Origin: Nitrosotalea sinensis | Lineage (GTDB): Archaea; Thermoproteota; Nitrososphaeria; Nitrososphaerales; Nitrosopumilaceae | Assembly (NCBI RefSeq): GCF_900143675.1 | Contig: NZ_FRFC01000003.1 | Location: 342,095-374,094, forward strand | Direction of reading: 5' to 3' | DNA length: 32,000 nucleotides | Shown here: piece after piece, positions 14,926-23,088 of the stretch | Layout: each line of letters starts with the position of its first letter | Numbering within the stretch: the stretch's first letter is position 1 | Made by a program: the position numbers and the translations under genes | The notes under the pieces: generated by a model | Seen by the model: the letters and a program-made list of their open reading frames with translations, nothing else | Databases searched by the model: none | What the model was told of the DNA's origin: nothing

Positions 14926-15825
14926 GTGGCCAGAGAATATAATTTAGAAAAGATACGCGAGAAATTGATTGATACACTAGGGTCATCTAAAACAGGATTA
15001 ACAGGAATAGAGATTTCTGAAGAGCTTGGAATCAATCGCGTTACCATGTCTAAATATCTGAAAATTTTTGCAGGAGAGGGCTTGATAAAACAAAAAAACA
15101 TGGGAAGTGTCAATCTCTGGTTCATAGAAGATGGTGTGGATAAGCTTAGTTTTCCAGCTGATTTTTTCCAGGTAAAAAATCGATATCTGGACTATGTTTT
15201 ATCTGGGTCTGCCCGTGAAGCACATACTCTAATACGTACATCCCTTCACTCTGGAGCAACTCCTGCCAAGATTGTAAGTGAAATAATAATCCCAACCATT
15301 GAGGCAGTTGAGAATTCATATGATAGTGGAAAAATAGGAAGATCCGAGAAGAATTTTCTTGATGAATTAATTTCTACTTCTATTTCTCTTATAGGTCTCT
15401 TAGAAGAGGAAGTTGATCCTAAAAAAAACATGGTAATTTTATCTACTGATTATCAAAATGCACTTTTTGCACAGGCTGTCTCTTCCGTACTCCGTACTCA
15501 AAAATGGAGAGTCTCATTGCTTGGAGATATGTCTTCTGCAATCGATGTTATGTTTGACATTGATTTGCAGAGGTTTCTCAATAAAGTGTGGTCAAAACGT
15601 GAAGGTGTTATGATTGTAACAATTTTTTCCTCAAAAGAAAGTGAGATCAAATTTTTCTCCCAGGCAGTAAATACAAGTGCAGAAAGATTTGGAAAAAATT
15701 TTCATCTTGCATTGTGTACAAAGGTTGCAAAAAAAACAAAGGTCAATGCTGATTTTGTATCAAATGATGTTGAAGCGCTACTACAGTGGTGCCAAACTGT
15801 ATTTGAAAGTTATAAAAATCAATGA
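14926..15825 (+). CDS. transcription regulator: N-terminal winged HTH + B12-binding-like (helical cap + Rossmann) domain lacking the DxHxxG His
   Basis: 299 aa, GTG start. HTH: LTGIEISEELGINRVTMSKYLKIFAGEGLI. Middle region YLDYVLSGSAREAHTLIRTSLHSGATPAKIVSEIIIPTIEAVENSYDSGKIGRSEKNF matches the B12-binding_2 pattern. The following VILSTDYQNALFAQ...WRVSLLGD occupies the DxHxxG..G.V..LG position. Confidence 0.55.
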   Translation: MAREYNLEKIREKLIDTLGSSKTGLTGIEISEELGINRVTMSKYLKIFAGEGLIKQKNMGSVNLWFIEDGVDKLSFPADFFQVKNRYLDYVLSGSAREAHTLIRTSLHSGATPAKIVSEIIIPTIEAVENSYDSGKIGRSEKNFLDELISTSISLIGLLEEEVDPKKNMVILSTDYQNALFAQAVSSVLRTQKWRVSLLGDMSSAIDVMFDIDLQRFLNKVWSKREGVMIVTIFSSKESEIKFFSQAVNTSAERFGKNFHLALCTKVAKKTKVNADFVSNDVEALLQWCQTVFESYKNQ

Positions 15826-16169
15826 TTGATTATATCCAGAATATTGAATGGGAGCTTGGAAAAATCAATATCCTTCTCAACTGAAATCAATAGAATATTT
15901 TCCTCTACTGGGAAACTCATGATTATCAATTTGTCTCTGTATGACATGGCAAATTTCACTGGGCCTAAGACCTTGTCAAACTCCTTTCTCATTCTTGCTC
16001 TTAAAACTAATTCCATGTATAGCATCTCATCATCTTTTGAATCTTCAAGAGACTTGAATCCTGATCTCATCCCTCCTGCAATTAGTCTGCCATTTTCATT
16101 TATCACGCCTGCAAACCTTATTCGTGAATCTAAATCTAAGACCTGTTTGCATAGTTCGTCCTTTTCCAT
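15819..16169 (-). CDS. hypothetical protein, possibly Roadblock/LC7-like
   Basis: 116 aa. The pattern FAGVINENGRLIAGG ... LIIMSFPVEENILLISVEK resembles Robl/LC7 (MglB-like) domains. Overlaps the convergent regulator gene by 7 nt. Confidence 0.45.
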   Translation of the reverse strand: MEKDELCKQVLDLDSRIRFAGVINENGRLIAGGMRSGFKSLEDSKDDEMLYMELVLRARMRKEFDKVLGPVKFAMSYRDKLIIMSFPVEENILLISVEKDIDFSKLPFNILDIINH

Positions 16170-16277
16170 ATTGTATCACTTCTTACCCAAAAGATATGCT
16201 GGTAGCTTAAATCTTGACAACAAAAGTGTAACAAGTTCTTCCTATTTATCGAAATCTATTGTATGTGGAATAGAATA

Positions 16278-16366
16278 TGGGCCGAATGGGATTTGAACCC
16301 ACGACCTTTCGATATCTGAATAATCTTTATCAGTCGAACGCTCCAGCCAAGCTGAGCTATCGGCCC
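16278..16366 (-). tRNA. tRNA-Ile (anticodon GAU) with 14-nt intron at canonical 37/38
   Basis: Reverse complement: GGGCCGA-TA-GCTC..GAGC-G-TTCGA-CTGATA[AAGATTATTCAGAT]A-TCGAA-AGGTC-GTGGG-TTCAAAT-CCCAT-TCGGCCC-A. Confidence 0.85.
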
Positions 16367-16390
16367 GAAATTTTTTTGCCCAACTGTCAT

Positions 16391-16951
16391 TTAAGTCTGC
16401 TGGCTTTTCCATTTGATGGAGCAGCCCATAGATGGGTCAAAATCTTTCTCTATCTTCTTTTCTGAAAGAATCTTCTCTATGTTTAGTATCATTGTTTTTT
16501 CTGTAGGCTTGTCTTCAGGTTTCATTGCATTGTCTATTCTTCCGTGAAAAACAAGTTTTCCTTCTTTATCAAAGAGAAACGGATCCGGAGTACAAACTGC
16601 ACCATATTTTTTTGCAATCTCCTGGGTTTCATCTACCAGGTATGTGAATTTCAAACCCTTTTCTTTTGCAAATTTTTTCATGTTTTCAAAACTGTCATCT
16701 GGATATTTGGTTGAATCATTACTGTTAATTCCTATCATTGCAATCTTTCCTTTGAATTTATCGTAGATCTCATTAATTGCATCTACTTTGGCTTGTACAT
16801 ATGGACAATGATTGCACATGAAAATTACTAATTTCGCTTTATAGTCTTTGTATTCTGCAAAGGAATGTTTCTTATCATCAATTCCTAAAAGATTAAAGTC
16901 TGGAGCCTTGTCTCCTGCATTTAAGACTATTTCTGATTTTAATAATACCAT
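16391..16951 (-). CDS. thioredoxin-fold thiol-disulfide oxidoreductase (AhpC/TSA-like)
   Basis: GDKAPDF near the N-terminus and the CNHCPYV CxxC motif. ATG at 16951 preferred over the upstream GTG at 16990. Confidence 0.75.
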   Translation of the reverse strand: MVLLKSEIVLNAGDKAPDFNLLGIDDKKHSFAEYKDYKAKLVIFMCNHCPYVQAKVDAINEIYDKFKGKIAMIGINSNDSTKYPDDSFENMKKFAKEKGLKFTYLVDETQEIAKKYGAVCTPDPFLFDKEGKLVFHGRIDNAMKPEDKPTEKTMILNIEKILSEKKIEKDFDPSMGCSIKWKSQQT

Positions 16952-17036
16952 GAATATTTCGATGAATATTATCAATAAAATCTTTACCACCTAAAGGCAA
17001 CAATTAAAATCTAAGCGGTTTTCTCATTCCTGTAAC

Positions 17037-17108
17037 GGGCTGGTAGTTCAGCGGTAGAATACTCGCCTTGCACGCGAGGGGTCAGGGGTTCAAATCCCCT
17101 CCAGTCCA
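17037..17108 (+). tRNA. tRNA-Ala (anticodon UGC), no intron
   Basis: GGGCTGG-TA-GTTC-AGCGGTA-GAAT-A-CTCGC-CTTGCAC-GCGAG-GGGTC-AGGGG-TTCAAAT-CCCCT-CCAGTCC-A, with the G3:U70 identity pair present. Confidence 0.92.
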
Positions 17109-17121
17109 CTCTATACGAGGG

Positions 17122-17328
17122 TTAAACATCTCGTGTTCTGAACCCAAAATTTTCAAATACTGCCTTTTCTCCGGGCAAAGTTGCCAAAAATCTCCAGCCC
17201 TGTGAAATCATTTTTTCAACTTGATCAACACTGACAACAATCTGAATTGGTTGTTCTGTTGTCGTCAAGTTTTCTGACAATAAGAAAGAAAAAAAGATCT
17301 TCAACGAATAAAGTCTGGTACCTAACAT
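17122..17328 (-). CDS. small hypothetical protein (weak)
   Basis: 68-aa ORF. The C-terminal half looks protein-like (VVSVDQVEKMISQGWRFLATLPGEKAVFENFGF). No family recognised. Confidence 0.3.
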   Translation of the reverse strand: MLGTRLYSLKIFFSFLLSENLTTTEQPIQIVVSVDQVEKMISQGWRFLATLPGEKAVFENFGFRTRDV

Positions 17329-17411
17329 CTTAACTTTTACGAGATGTAGCAGATTTTTACGCCTAATTGAGGGGGTAAACCATTTTTACTGCTTGTCGAT
17401 GAATTCATTTG

Positions 17412-17447
17412 GGTTCAGACTTGTGAGGATTTGAATCTTGCAGATTT
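17412..17447 (+). repeat. dispersed 36-nt intergenic repeat, copy 1 (GGTTCAGACTTGTGAGGATTTGAATCTTGCAGATTT)
   Basis: 33/36 identical to 19757-19792. Contains a 7-bp hairpin whose two differences between copies keep pairing only as G-U on the plus strand. Confidence 0.6.
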
Positions 17448-17468
17448 AGTTTTATCTTTTTTATCAAG

Positions 17469-17921
17469 TTATTGCAAGAAGTTTTGAAATTGTATCAATA
17501 CCATGAGAGATCCTACTGATACATGCAAGTATACATTCGTGCAAGTAGATACAAACCTAATTGATTTTTTACCCTTCCATTTCTTGCCAACATCCAAAGG
17601 TATCAAAAAACCATTCTCAATTAGTTTCAAAATTCTTCTATATGAGGTAGTTTGTGAACCGATGCAATTAGAGGAAATCTCCATTATAGTATGTGGGATT
17701 GATGCGTATTCAAGAATTTGACGGTTTAATGGATTCCCATATGTATCAAATATTAATTCAGCTATTTTTTTATCTGTAATGTAAAAAAATTTTTCATTCC
17801 TGTTATTTTCATAATGTTTGCCATCTGCGTTTAAAATCTTATTCTGCAATCTGATGGTAGCTATCTTGTTAATGTCTTTACCATTCATTTCTATAAAGAA
17901 TTGATTGGAATCATCAGACAT
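17469..17921 (-). CDS. winged-HTH (ArsR/TrmB-like) transcription regulator
   Basis: 150 aa. NRQILEYASIPHTIMEISSNCIGSQTTSYRRILKLIENGFL is a typical wHTH. Resembles the partial ORF at 31793. Confidence 0.55.
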   Translation of the reverse strand: MSDDSNQFFIEMNGKDINKIATIRLQNKILNADGKHYENNRNEKFFYITDKKIAELIFDTYGNPLNRQILEYASIPHTIMEISSNCIGSQTTSYRRILKLIENGFLIPLDVGKKWKGKKSIRFVSTCTNVYLHVSVGSLMVLIQFQNFLQ

Positions 17922-18157
17922 AGTTCTAATGTCTATGGAATCTAATATTTAACCAAATAAGTTTGGTGTCCTTTGATTTTATAAAATGAATTTTTTAAAC
18001 AATAGGATCGAATATTATTTTTGAAATATTGGTTACGATTTTGTAAAATTTATAATGTTTGTATTTTCATTTTTGAAAGATCATTGATATACTCAAACAC
18101 TATCTGATAATATGATTTTGAACAATCACATAGATACAATAAGGATGGAAATTACAA

Positions 18158-19708
18158 ATGAATGTAAATCTGAATAGGCTAACATTTGTCTTCACATTAA
18201 TTCTTGTTGTAACTTTATCTTCACAATCTATACTTTCAATGAATCAATCACATTACGCTTTTGCAGATAGTGTAACTGCCACAATCACAACTGGCACAGG
18301 TCCTTACGGAGTAGCTGTCAATCCCAATACAAATACCGTGTATGTAGGCAATAGTGGTGGTAATACAGGCGACACTGTTTCTGTAATCAACGGTGCAACT
18401 AATGCAGTTACAGCTACAATCACTGTTGGCACAGTTGCTCCTCAAGGAATAGCAGTCAACCCCAACACAAATACCGTCTATGTAGCCACTGCTAACGGCA
18501 ATACTGGTGCTGGTAACACTATTTCTGTAATCAACGGTGCAACTAATGCAGTTACATCTACAATCAACGTTGGCCACGAACCTGTAGGAATTGCAGTCAA
18601 CCCTAACACAAATACAATCTATGTAACCAATTATGGATCAGGCTATGGGGACACTGTTTCTGTAATAGATGGCAACACTAATGCAGTTACATCTACAATC
18701 AACGTTGGCCAAGGTCCTGTCGGAATAGCAGTCAACCCTAACACAAATACCATTTATGTTACAAATGAAAATAGTAACACCGTTTCTGTAATAGATGGCA
18801 ACACTAATGCAGTTACATCTACAATCAACGTTGGCACAGGTACTTTTGGTATCGCAGTCAATTCCAATACAAATACTGCATATGCAAGCAGTATTGGAAG
18901 CAGCACAGTCAATGCCGTTTATGTAATCAACGGTGCAACTAATGCAGTTACATCTACAATTCCTGTTGGCTTACAACCTCAAGGAGTTGCAGTCAATCCT
19001 ACTACAAATAATATCTATGTTGCCAACCAAGGACTTGGTGCTGGTAACACTGTTTCTGTAATAGATGGCAACACTAATGCAGTTACATCTACAATTACTG
19101 TCGGAACAGGTCCTAATGGTATTGCAGTCAACCCCAACACAAATACTGTCTATGTAACCAATTACGGAAATGGAGGTACAGGCAATACAGTCTCAGTAAT
19201 ATCTACATCTACTACTGATACAACTTCGCCAGTTCTAACTGTACCTCAAGACATCACAGTATCTCCAACAAGTACAGCGGGTGCTGTTGTAACCTTTACT
19301 GTTTCTGCAACAGATCCAGATGATACTGCCAGTACACCTGTATGCGATACAGCATCCGGCTCGACATTTCCAATTGGCACTACTACAGTAACATGTACCT
19401 CGACAGATACTCACGGTAACACTGGATCAGCATCGTTTACGGTCACAGTTCTTACACCAACTCAAGCATCACAACAGCTTACTACTACAATAACTAACAT
19501 GAACTTGTCAAGTGGACAAACCTCAAGCCTCAATTCCCAGCTTACATCTGCAATAAACTCCCTTAATTCAAATCAAAATACTCAAGCAAAGAATCAACTT
19601 AACGCATTCATAAATCATGTTAATGCACAAACAGGAAAAACAATCACACAAGCTCAAGCTGTTCAGTTGATAGGTGCTGCACAAAATATTATAAAATCAA
19701 TACCATAA
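18158..19708 (+). CDS. secreted 7-bladed YVTN-type beta-propeller protein with HYR domain and Asn/Gln-rich helical tail
   Basis: Signal peptide, then seven repeats A-V-T-[AS]-T-I-x-V-G-x-x-P-x-G-I-A-V-N-P-N-T-N-T-[IV]-Y-V. HYR-like segment DTTSPVLTVPQDITV...FPIGTTTVTCTSTDTHGNTGSASFTVTV. Confidence 0.8.
   Translation: MNVNLNRLTFVFTLILVVTLSSQSILSMNQSHYAFADSVTATITTGTGPYGVAVNPNTNTVYVGNSGGNTGDTVSVINGATNAVTATITVGTVAPQGIAVNPNTNTVYVATANGNTGAGNTISVINGATNAVTSTINVGHEPVGIAVNPNTNTIYVTNYGSGYGDTVSVIDGNTNAVTSTINVGQGPVGIAVNPNTNTIYVTNENSNTVSVIDGNTNAVTSTINVGTGTFGIAVNSNTNTAYASSIGSSTVNAVYVINGATNAVTSTIPVGLQPQGVAVNPTTNNIYVANQGLGAGNTVSVIDGNTNAVTSTITVGTGPNGIAVNPNTNTVYVTNYGNGGTGNTVSVISTSTTDTTSPVLTVPQDITVSPTSTAGAVVTFTVSATDPDDTASTPVCDTASGSTFPIGTTTVTCTSTDTHGNTGSASFTVTVLTPTQASQQLTTTITNMNLSSGQTSSLNSQLTSAINSLNSNQNTQAKNQLNAFINHVNAQTGKTITQAQAVQLIGAAQNIIKSIP
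18266..19203 (+). repeat. intragenic tandem repeat, 7 units of 126-144 nt (propeller blades) with long identical DNA stretches
   Basis: The core AATGCAGTTACA recurs at 18401, 18545, 18680, 18806, 18941 and 19076. TTTCTGTAATAGATGGCAACACTAATGCAGTTACATCTACAATCAACGTTGGC is repeated almost verbatim. Confidence 0.85.
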
Positions 19709-19756
19709 ATTTCTAAAATAAACATTAAGGAAAAGAATCTTGTAAACAAATCTTCA

Positions 19757-19792
19757 GGTTCCGACTTGTAAGGATTTGAATCTTGCAAATTT
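19757..19792 (+). repeat. dispersed 36-nt intergenic repeat, copy 2 (GGTTCCGACTTGTAAGGATTTGAATCTTGCAAATTT)
   Basis: 33/36 identical to 17412-17447. Hairpin TTGTAAG-N9-CTTGCAA followed by ATTTTG, about 50 nt downstream of the propeller gene stop. Confidence 0.6.
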
Positions 19793-19866
19793 TGAATTAA
19801 AAAATAAAACGAAGAATTAATACAAAGTTTAATTTTTATTAAATTAATTCTGTATCTATTTCCAAA

Positions 19867-20415
19867 ATGATTTTCAACACACAACCCCTGTTAGAAAATG
19901 ACAAAGTAATTCTTTATCCTTTACAAGAAAAAGATTTTGAAGATTTGTATGCAGTAGCTTCAGATCCTAAAATATGGGAGCAGCATCCAAATAAGGACCG
20001 ATGGAAAAAAGACGTATTTCACACATTCTTTGATGGAGCAATCCAAAGCAAAGGAGCTTTTAAAATTGTGGATAGAGCAACAGGAAATGTAATAGGAAGT
20101 ACACGGTTTTACGATTACAATCAAAAAGAAGATCACATATTCATAGGCTATACATTTTATGCCACACCTTATTGGGGCAAAGGCATCAACCAATCAGTAA
20201 AAGTAATGATGCTTGATTATATTTTTCAATTCGTTTCAAAGGTACGTTTTCACATTGGGGAAAACAACATTCGTTCTCAAATAGCCATCAGTCGCTTGGG
20301 CGCAGAAAAAATCGCTGAACAGGAAGTGACATATTTTGGAGAGTCTCTGCGCCTAAATTTTGTATATGAAATCAGCAAACAAAAGTGGGAAACATATCGA
20401 AGTAAGAAATATTGA
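19867..20415 (+). CDS. GNAT-family N-acetyltransferase (RimJ/RimL-like)
   Basis: 182 aa. Layout L.PL...D...L........W......., then IG.T.F and a GKG motif typical of Acetyltransf_3-type GNATs. Confidence 0.7.
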   Translation: MIFNTQPLLENDKVILYPLQEKDFEDLYAVASDPKIWEQHPNKDRWKKDVFHTFFDGAIQSKGAFKIVDRATGNVIGSTRFYDYNQKEDHIFIGYTFYATPYWGKGINQSVKVMMLDYIFQFVSKVRFHIGENNIRSQIAISRLGAEKIAEQEVTYFGESLRLNFVYEISKQKWETYRSKKY

Positions 20416-20417
20416 TT

Positions 20418-20693
20418 TTACACACCAGCGTCTTTACCAATCCTTGATGCCATCTTAATGATCTCTTGTTCCTTCAAATTTCCAAAGATTTTGATAAAAA
20501 CAGTTTTGTTAATACTGACTAGTCCAATTTGTGGCTGGAATACATCCCAATCCAGAAATTTCTTAAGAGCTTGGTTTACAAGTGTGTTGGTGCTTATGTC
20601 TTTATTCCTAGATTCATTGCGTAATTTTGTAATGATGTCATCATTCAATCTGAAGGTGATGGTGGATGTTTTCTTTGTTCCACTTGTTATCAT
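20418..20693 (-). CDS. ribbon-helix-helix (CopG/Arc-like) DNA-binding protein
   Basis: 91 aa. TSTITFRLNDDIITKLRNESRNKDISTNTLVNQALKKFL is a classic RHH pattern. Confidence 0.55.
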   Translation of the reverse strand: MITSGTKKTSTITFRLNDDIITKLRNESRNKDISTNTLVNQALKKFLDWDVFQPQIGLVSINKTVFIKIFGNLKEQEIIKMASRIGKDAGV

Positions 20694-20993
20694 ATGATGT
20701 GTCTCATGTTGAAGTATTTACGAGATAATTAACATTGTCAACTGATTTTGTTACGGAATGTTTTTCTTCTATTAGCGTATTCTGTGATTGTACCAAAAGC
20801 TTTAACAAATACTTGATTGAAAATATGCTTCTGTTTATTATAAAATAATTTAATGTTTATACTACAATCAGTTAAAATGTAAAAATGGTTTAGCATTTTG
20901 AAATTCATTTGTTTGCATGACACTTGGTTGACTTTCAAGAATATTGTAAATGAAAAACCAAACCTTATAGGTCCAAAATATTAGCTTCAGATA

Positions 20994-21389
20994 TTGTCTG
21001 CAGAAGATAGAAAACCAGATCGTTCTACACAACACCTAGCAAATGAACGTACTTTTCTTGCATGGATACGCACTTGCATAGCCATCATGGGATTAGGTTT
21101 TGTAGTTGCAAGATTCAGTCTATTTCTTAGAGAATTCAGCATCCTTACAAAAAATCAGACAATTCCGCCAAACTTGCCGTCGCAGTCCTCCTCAACCATA
21201 CTTGGTATGAGTATGATTGGTCTTGGAATTTTATTGATAATTTACGCATTGATAAATTATCTCAAAGCTCAGAAGGACATAGAAGCAGGAAAATATCTAC
21301 CACGACACTCTACGATGTACATAGCAAGTATCGGTCTTGCTATGTTTGGAGCCATAGTGCTTGTCTATTTGATTCTAATATCTTCTTGA
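20994..21389 (+). CDS. DUF202/YidH-family membrane protein
   Basis: 131 aa with the LANERTFLAWIRT signature followed by three TM helices. TTG start is required to retain the motif. Confidence 0.7.
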   Translation: MSAEDRKPDRSTQHLANERTFLAWIRTCIAIMGLGFVVARFSLFLREFSILTKNQTIPPNLPSQSSSTILGMSMIGLGILLIIYALINYLKAQKDIEAGKYLPRHSTMYIASIGLAMFGAIVLVYLILISS

Positions 21390-21472
21390 TTATACTACGA
21401 GTTTCATGATCTTTTAGCAAGATTCGGGTTGTTCCTATGTTATCAGAATTAGACATGAGAAAATTTGGTCAC

Positions 21473-22276
21473 TTACTGTTTGTTTTCAATTACAAGCAAT
21501 GTATTCTGATCCTTCCATGTTATTTTGTCTAGATCATCATAATGATTCAATATGTTTTGCACAAATCTGTGCAATGCTTCTCGAAATTCATGTTTTTTAT
21601 AAAACTTAAAAGTTGAATAATGGTGATTTTTTGCCTGTTCTACAAGTTTTTCCAGTGGATAGACTCTACTGTGTTCAAAAAACTTGACCGAATTGATGTT
21701 CAGGTTTGGATCTTTCTCAAAAGCTAATTTTAACTCATCTAGCTCATAAAGACGATTTTCTTTTTTCTCAAATAAAGGAAAATGCATTCCCCAGATAGTC
21801 TTTGCATTCTGGTCTCTCAATCTAGTGTATATGAATAATCTTCCATTGTTTTTGAGTACTCTTGAAGATTCTTTTAAGAAATTTTGCAGTGAAAAATGAT
21901 GAACTGCATTAAATGACATGACACAATCAAGCGAGTCTGTTTGTAACGGTATTTTGTGAGAATCACTTCGTATTGGAGTAAAATTTGTAATATTGTTGCT
22001 TACAAAATGCTCCTTTAGTTGTCGTAACATTTCTCTATTATTATCAAGACAAAAAAGATGACATTTTTCTCCCAAATGTTGAGCTAACTTGAGACTGTAT
22101 CTGCCTGTACCACATCCGATATCTACCGCATGTATTTTTGGGAGGTGTTGAAGCTTGTTAGTGATAAACAATATGGGTCCAAGATCTGTGGTTCTCAATT
22201 CACGATAACGTGGAGCAATATGTAAAAAATGATCATACATTTTATTTAATGTGGATTTTTTTCGTGTCATTTTCAA
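21473..22276 (-). CDS. class I SAM-dependent methyltransferase
   Basis: 267 aa. Motif I VDIGCGTGRYS and post-I/II spacing (CLD...; FNAVHHF) are typical of the Methyltransf_11/25 type. Confidence 0.75.
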   Translation of the reverse strand: MKMTRKKSTLNKMYDHFLHIAPRYRELRTTDLGPILFITNKLQHLPKIHAVDIGCGTGRYSLKLAQHLGEKCHLFCLDNNREMLRQLKEHFVSNNITNFTPIRSDSHKIPLQTDSLDCVMSFNAVHHFSLQNFLKESSRVLKNNGRLFIYTRLRDQNAKTIWGMHFPLFEKKENRLYELDELKLAFEKDPNLNINSVKFFEHSRVYPLEKLVEQAKNHHYSTFKFYKKHEFREALHRFVQNILNHYDDLDKITWKDQNTLLVIENKQ

Positions 22277-22505
22277 TTTTTATAAACCTGAATTTTTATG
22301 GTTTTAAAATCTTGCCCATAACAAATAAAAACTATGAAAATTTTTGATGAAAACCTATGAAAGTTTAATCTTGTGTTTCTGTTATTAAAAATAGAATCTC
22401 GTTAGTTGATGTAAACAGAATCAGAATAAAATTCTACAGGCATGTGATTTTCTCATTCTTGAAAATCACGATATAATGTTATACTGATTTGTTAGCGAAC
22501 AATCA

Positions 22506-22586
22506 ATGACTGATCTACGCCGCCACATGGGGCTTTTTTCAACCGCCCTGTATGAGGTTGGCATAATTCTTGGTGCTGGAATCTAG
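22506..22586 (+). pseudogene. relic of the 5' end of an APC-family amino-acid permease gene
   Basis: A 26-codon ORF, MTDLRRHMGLFSTALYEVGIILGAGI*, reproduces the conserved N-terminal TM1 motif (...G.IIGAGIF) of APC transporters and then stops. It is a locally GC-richer patch in a 440-nt noncoding gap. Confidence 0.5.
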
Positions 22587-22715
22587 AATTTTCATGATTG
22601 AGGTGACAACATTACTTTTTGTCGTGCTTGGAAATGAAATAAAAATTAAGGAAAGGTTTTTGGATTTGAACTTGATCGTGTGCCAATTATTTGATCTCAA
22701 AAGACTCTTAAATAA

Positions 22716-22745
22716 GTAGATGATCTACCTAGGTAGTAGATCTAC
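22716..22745. promoter_or_regulatory. composite dyad: GTAGA-TGA-TCTAC (22716-22728), CTACCTAGGTAG (22725-22736), GTAGATCTAC (22736-22745)
   Basis: Read directly. Same half-sites as the dyad next to the PadR gene (24801-24815). Located between TATA-like CTTAAATAAG (about 22707) and ATG 22747. Confidence 0.5.
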
Positions 22746-22746
22746 T

Positions 22747-23088
22747 ATGAGAAAATCTCTGGTCACAGGAGCAATCGGCGGTGGAGCCGCAGTGGTCATA
22801 GTTTTTCTATTCGTGTTTAATGGCTCCACCTCTCAATATTCTCTGTATGTTGATGCAAGAACAGAATCAGGAGATGGCGTCTCAGAATCACATGTAACTC
22901 TTTTAAATTCAGGTTCTAGTGCATTAACAAATCTCAAAATCAATTATGGCAACTATACAGACAAGATTCCAATACTCAAGCCTGGAGAGCGAGTGATCTT
23001 ATCACCACCATCTTCATCAACTACAGTGACTGTTACTGATGATCAAGGTATCACAATAAAAAAACCATTCCAGCAATTCAATGAATAG
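22747..23088 (+). CDS. small secreted/membrane-anchored protein (hypothetical)
   Basis: The ORF is open from 22720. ATG 22747 (MRKSLVTGAIGGGAAVVIVFLFVF...) gives a proper signal/anchor. Its stop TAG is directly followed by ATG 23089. Confidence 0.55.
   Translation: MRKSLVTGAIGGGAAVVIVFLFVFNGSTSQYSLYVDARTESGDGVSESHVTLLNSGSSALTNLKINYGNYTDKIPILKPGERVILSPPSSSTTVTVTDDQGITIKKPFQQFNE

Noticed and set aside
15826-16465. ORFs 15826-16296(+) and 16277-16465(+)
   Set aside because: The first is antisense to the 15819-16169 gene, and both run through tRNA-Ile (16278-16366). They are spurious.
18266-19203. Regular repeats as a CRISPR array
   Set aside because: The repeats are 126-144-nt in-frame coding units of a beta-propeller protein with no unique spacers. 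The same applies to the 174-nt NHL units at 25726-26773.
19867-20693. GNAT + RHH as a TacT/AtaT-type toxin-antitoxin pair
   Set aside because: The two genes are convergent (stops 3 nt apart), not co-transcribed with the antitoxin upstream. The GNAT looks RimJ-like rather than like a tRNA-acetylating toxin. There is no support for a TA module.
20738-20938. 66-aa minus-strand ORF
   Set aside because: It has AT-rich, low-complexity (Asn/Lys/Phe/Ile) composition, no promoter spacing and no recognisable features. It is likely noncoding spacer.
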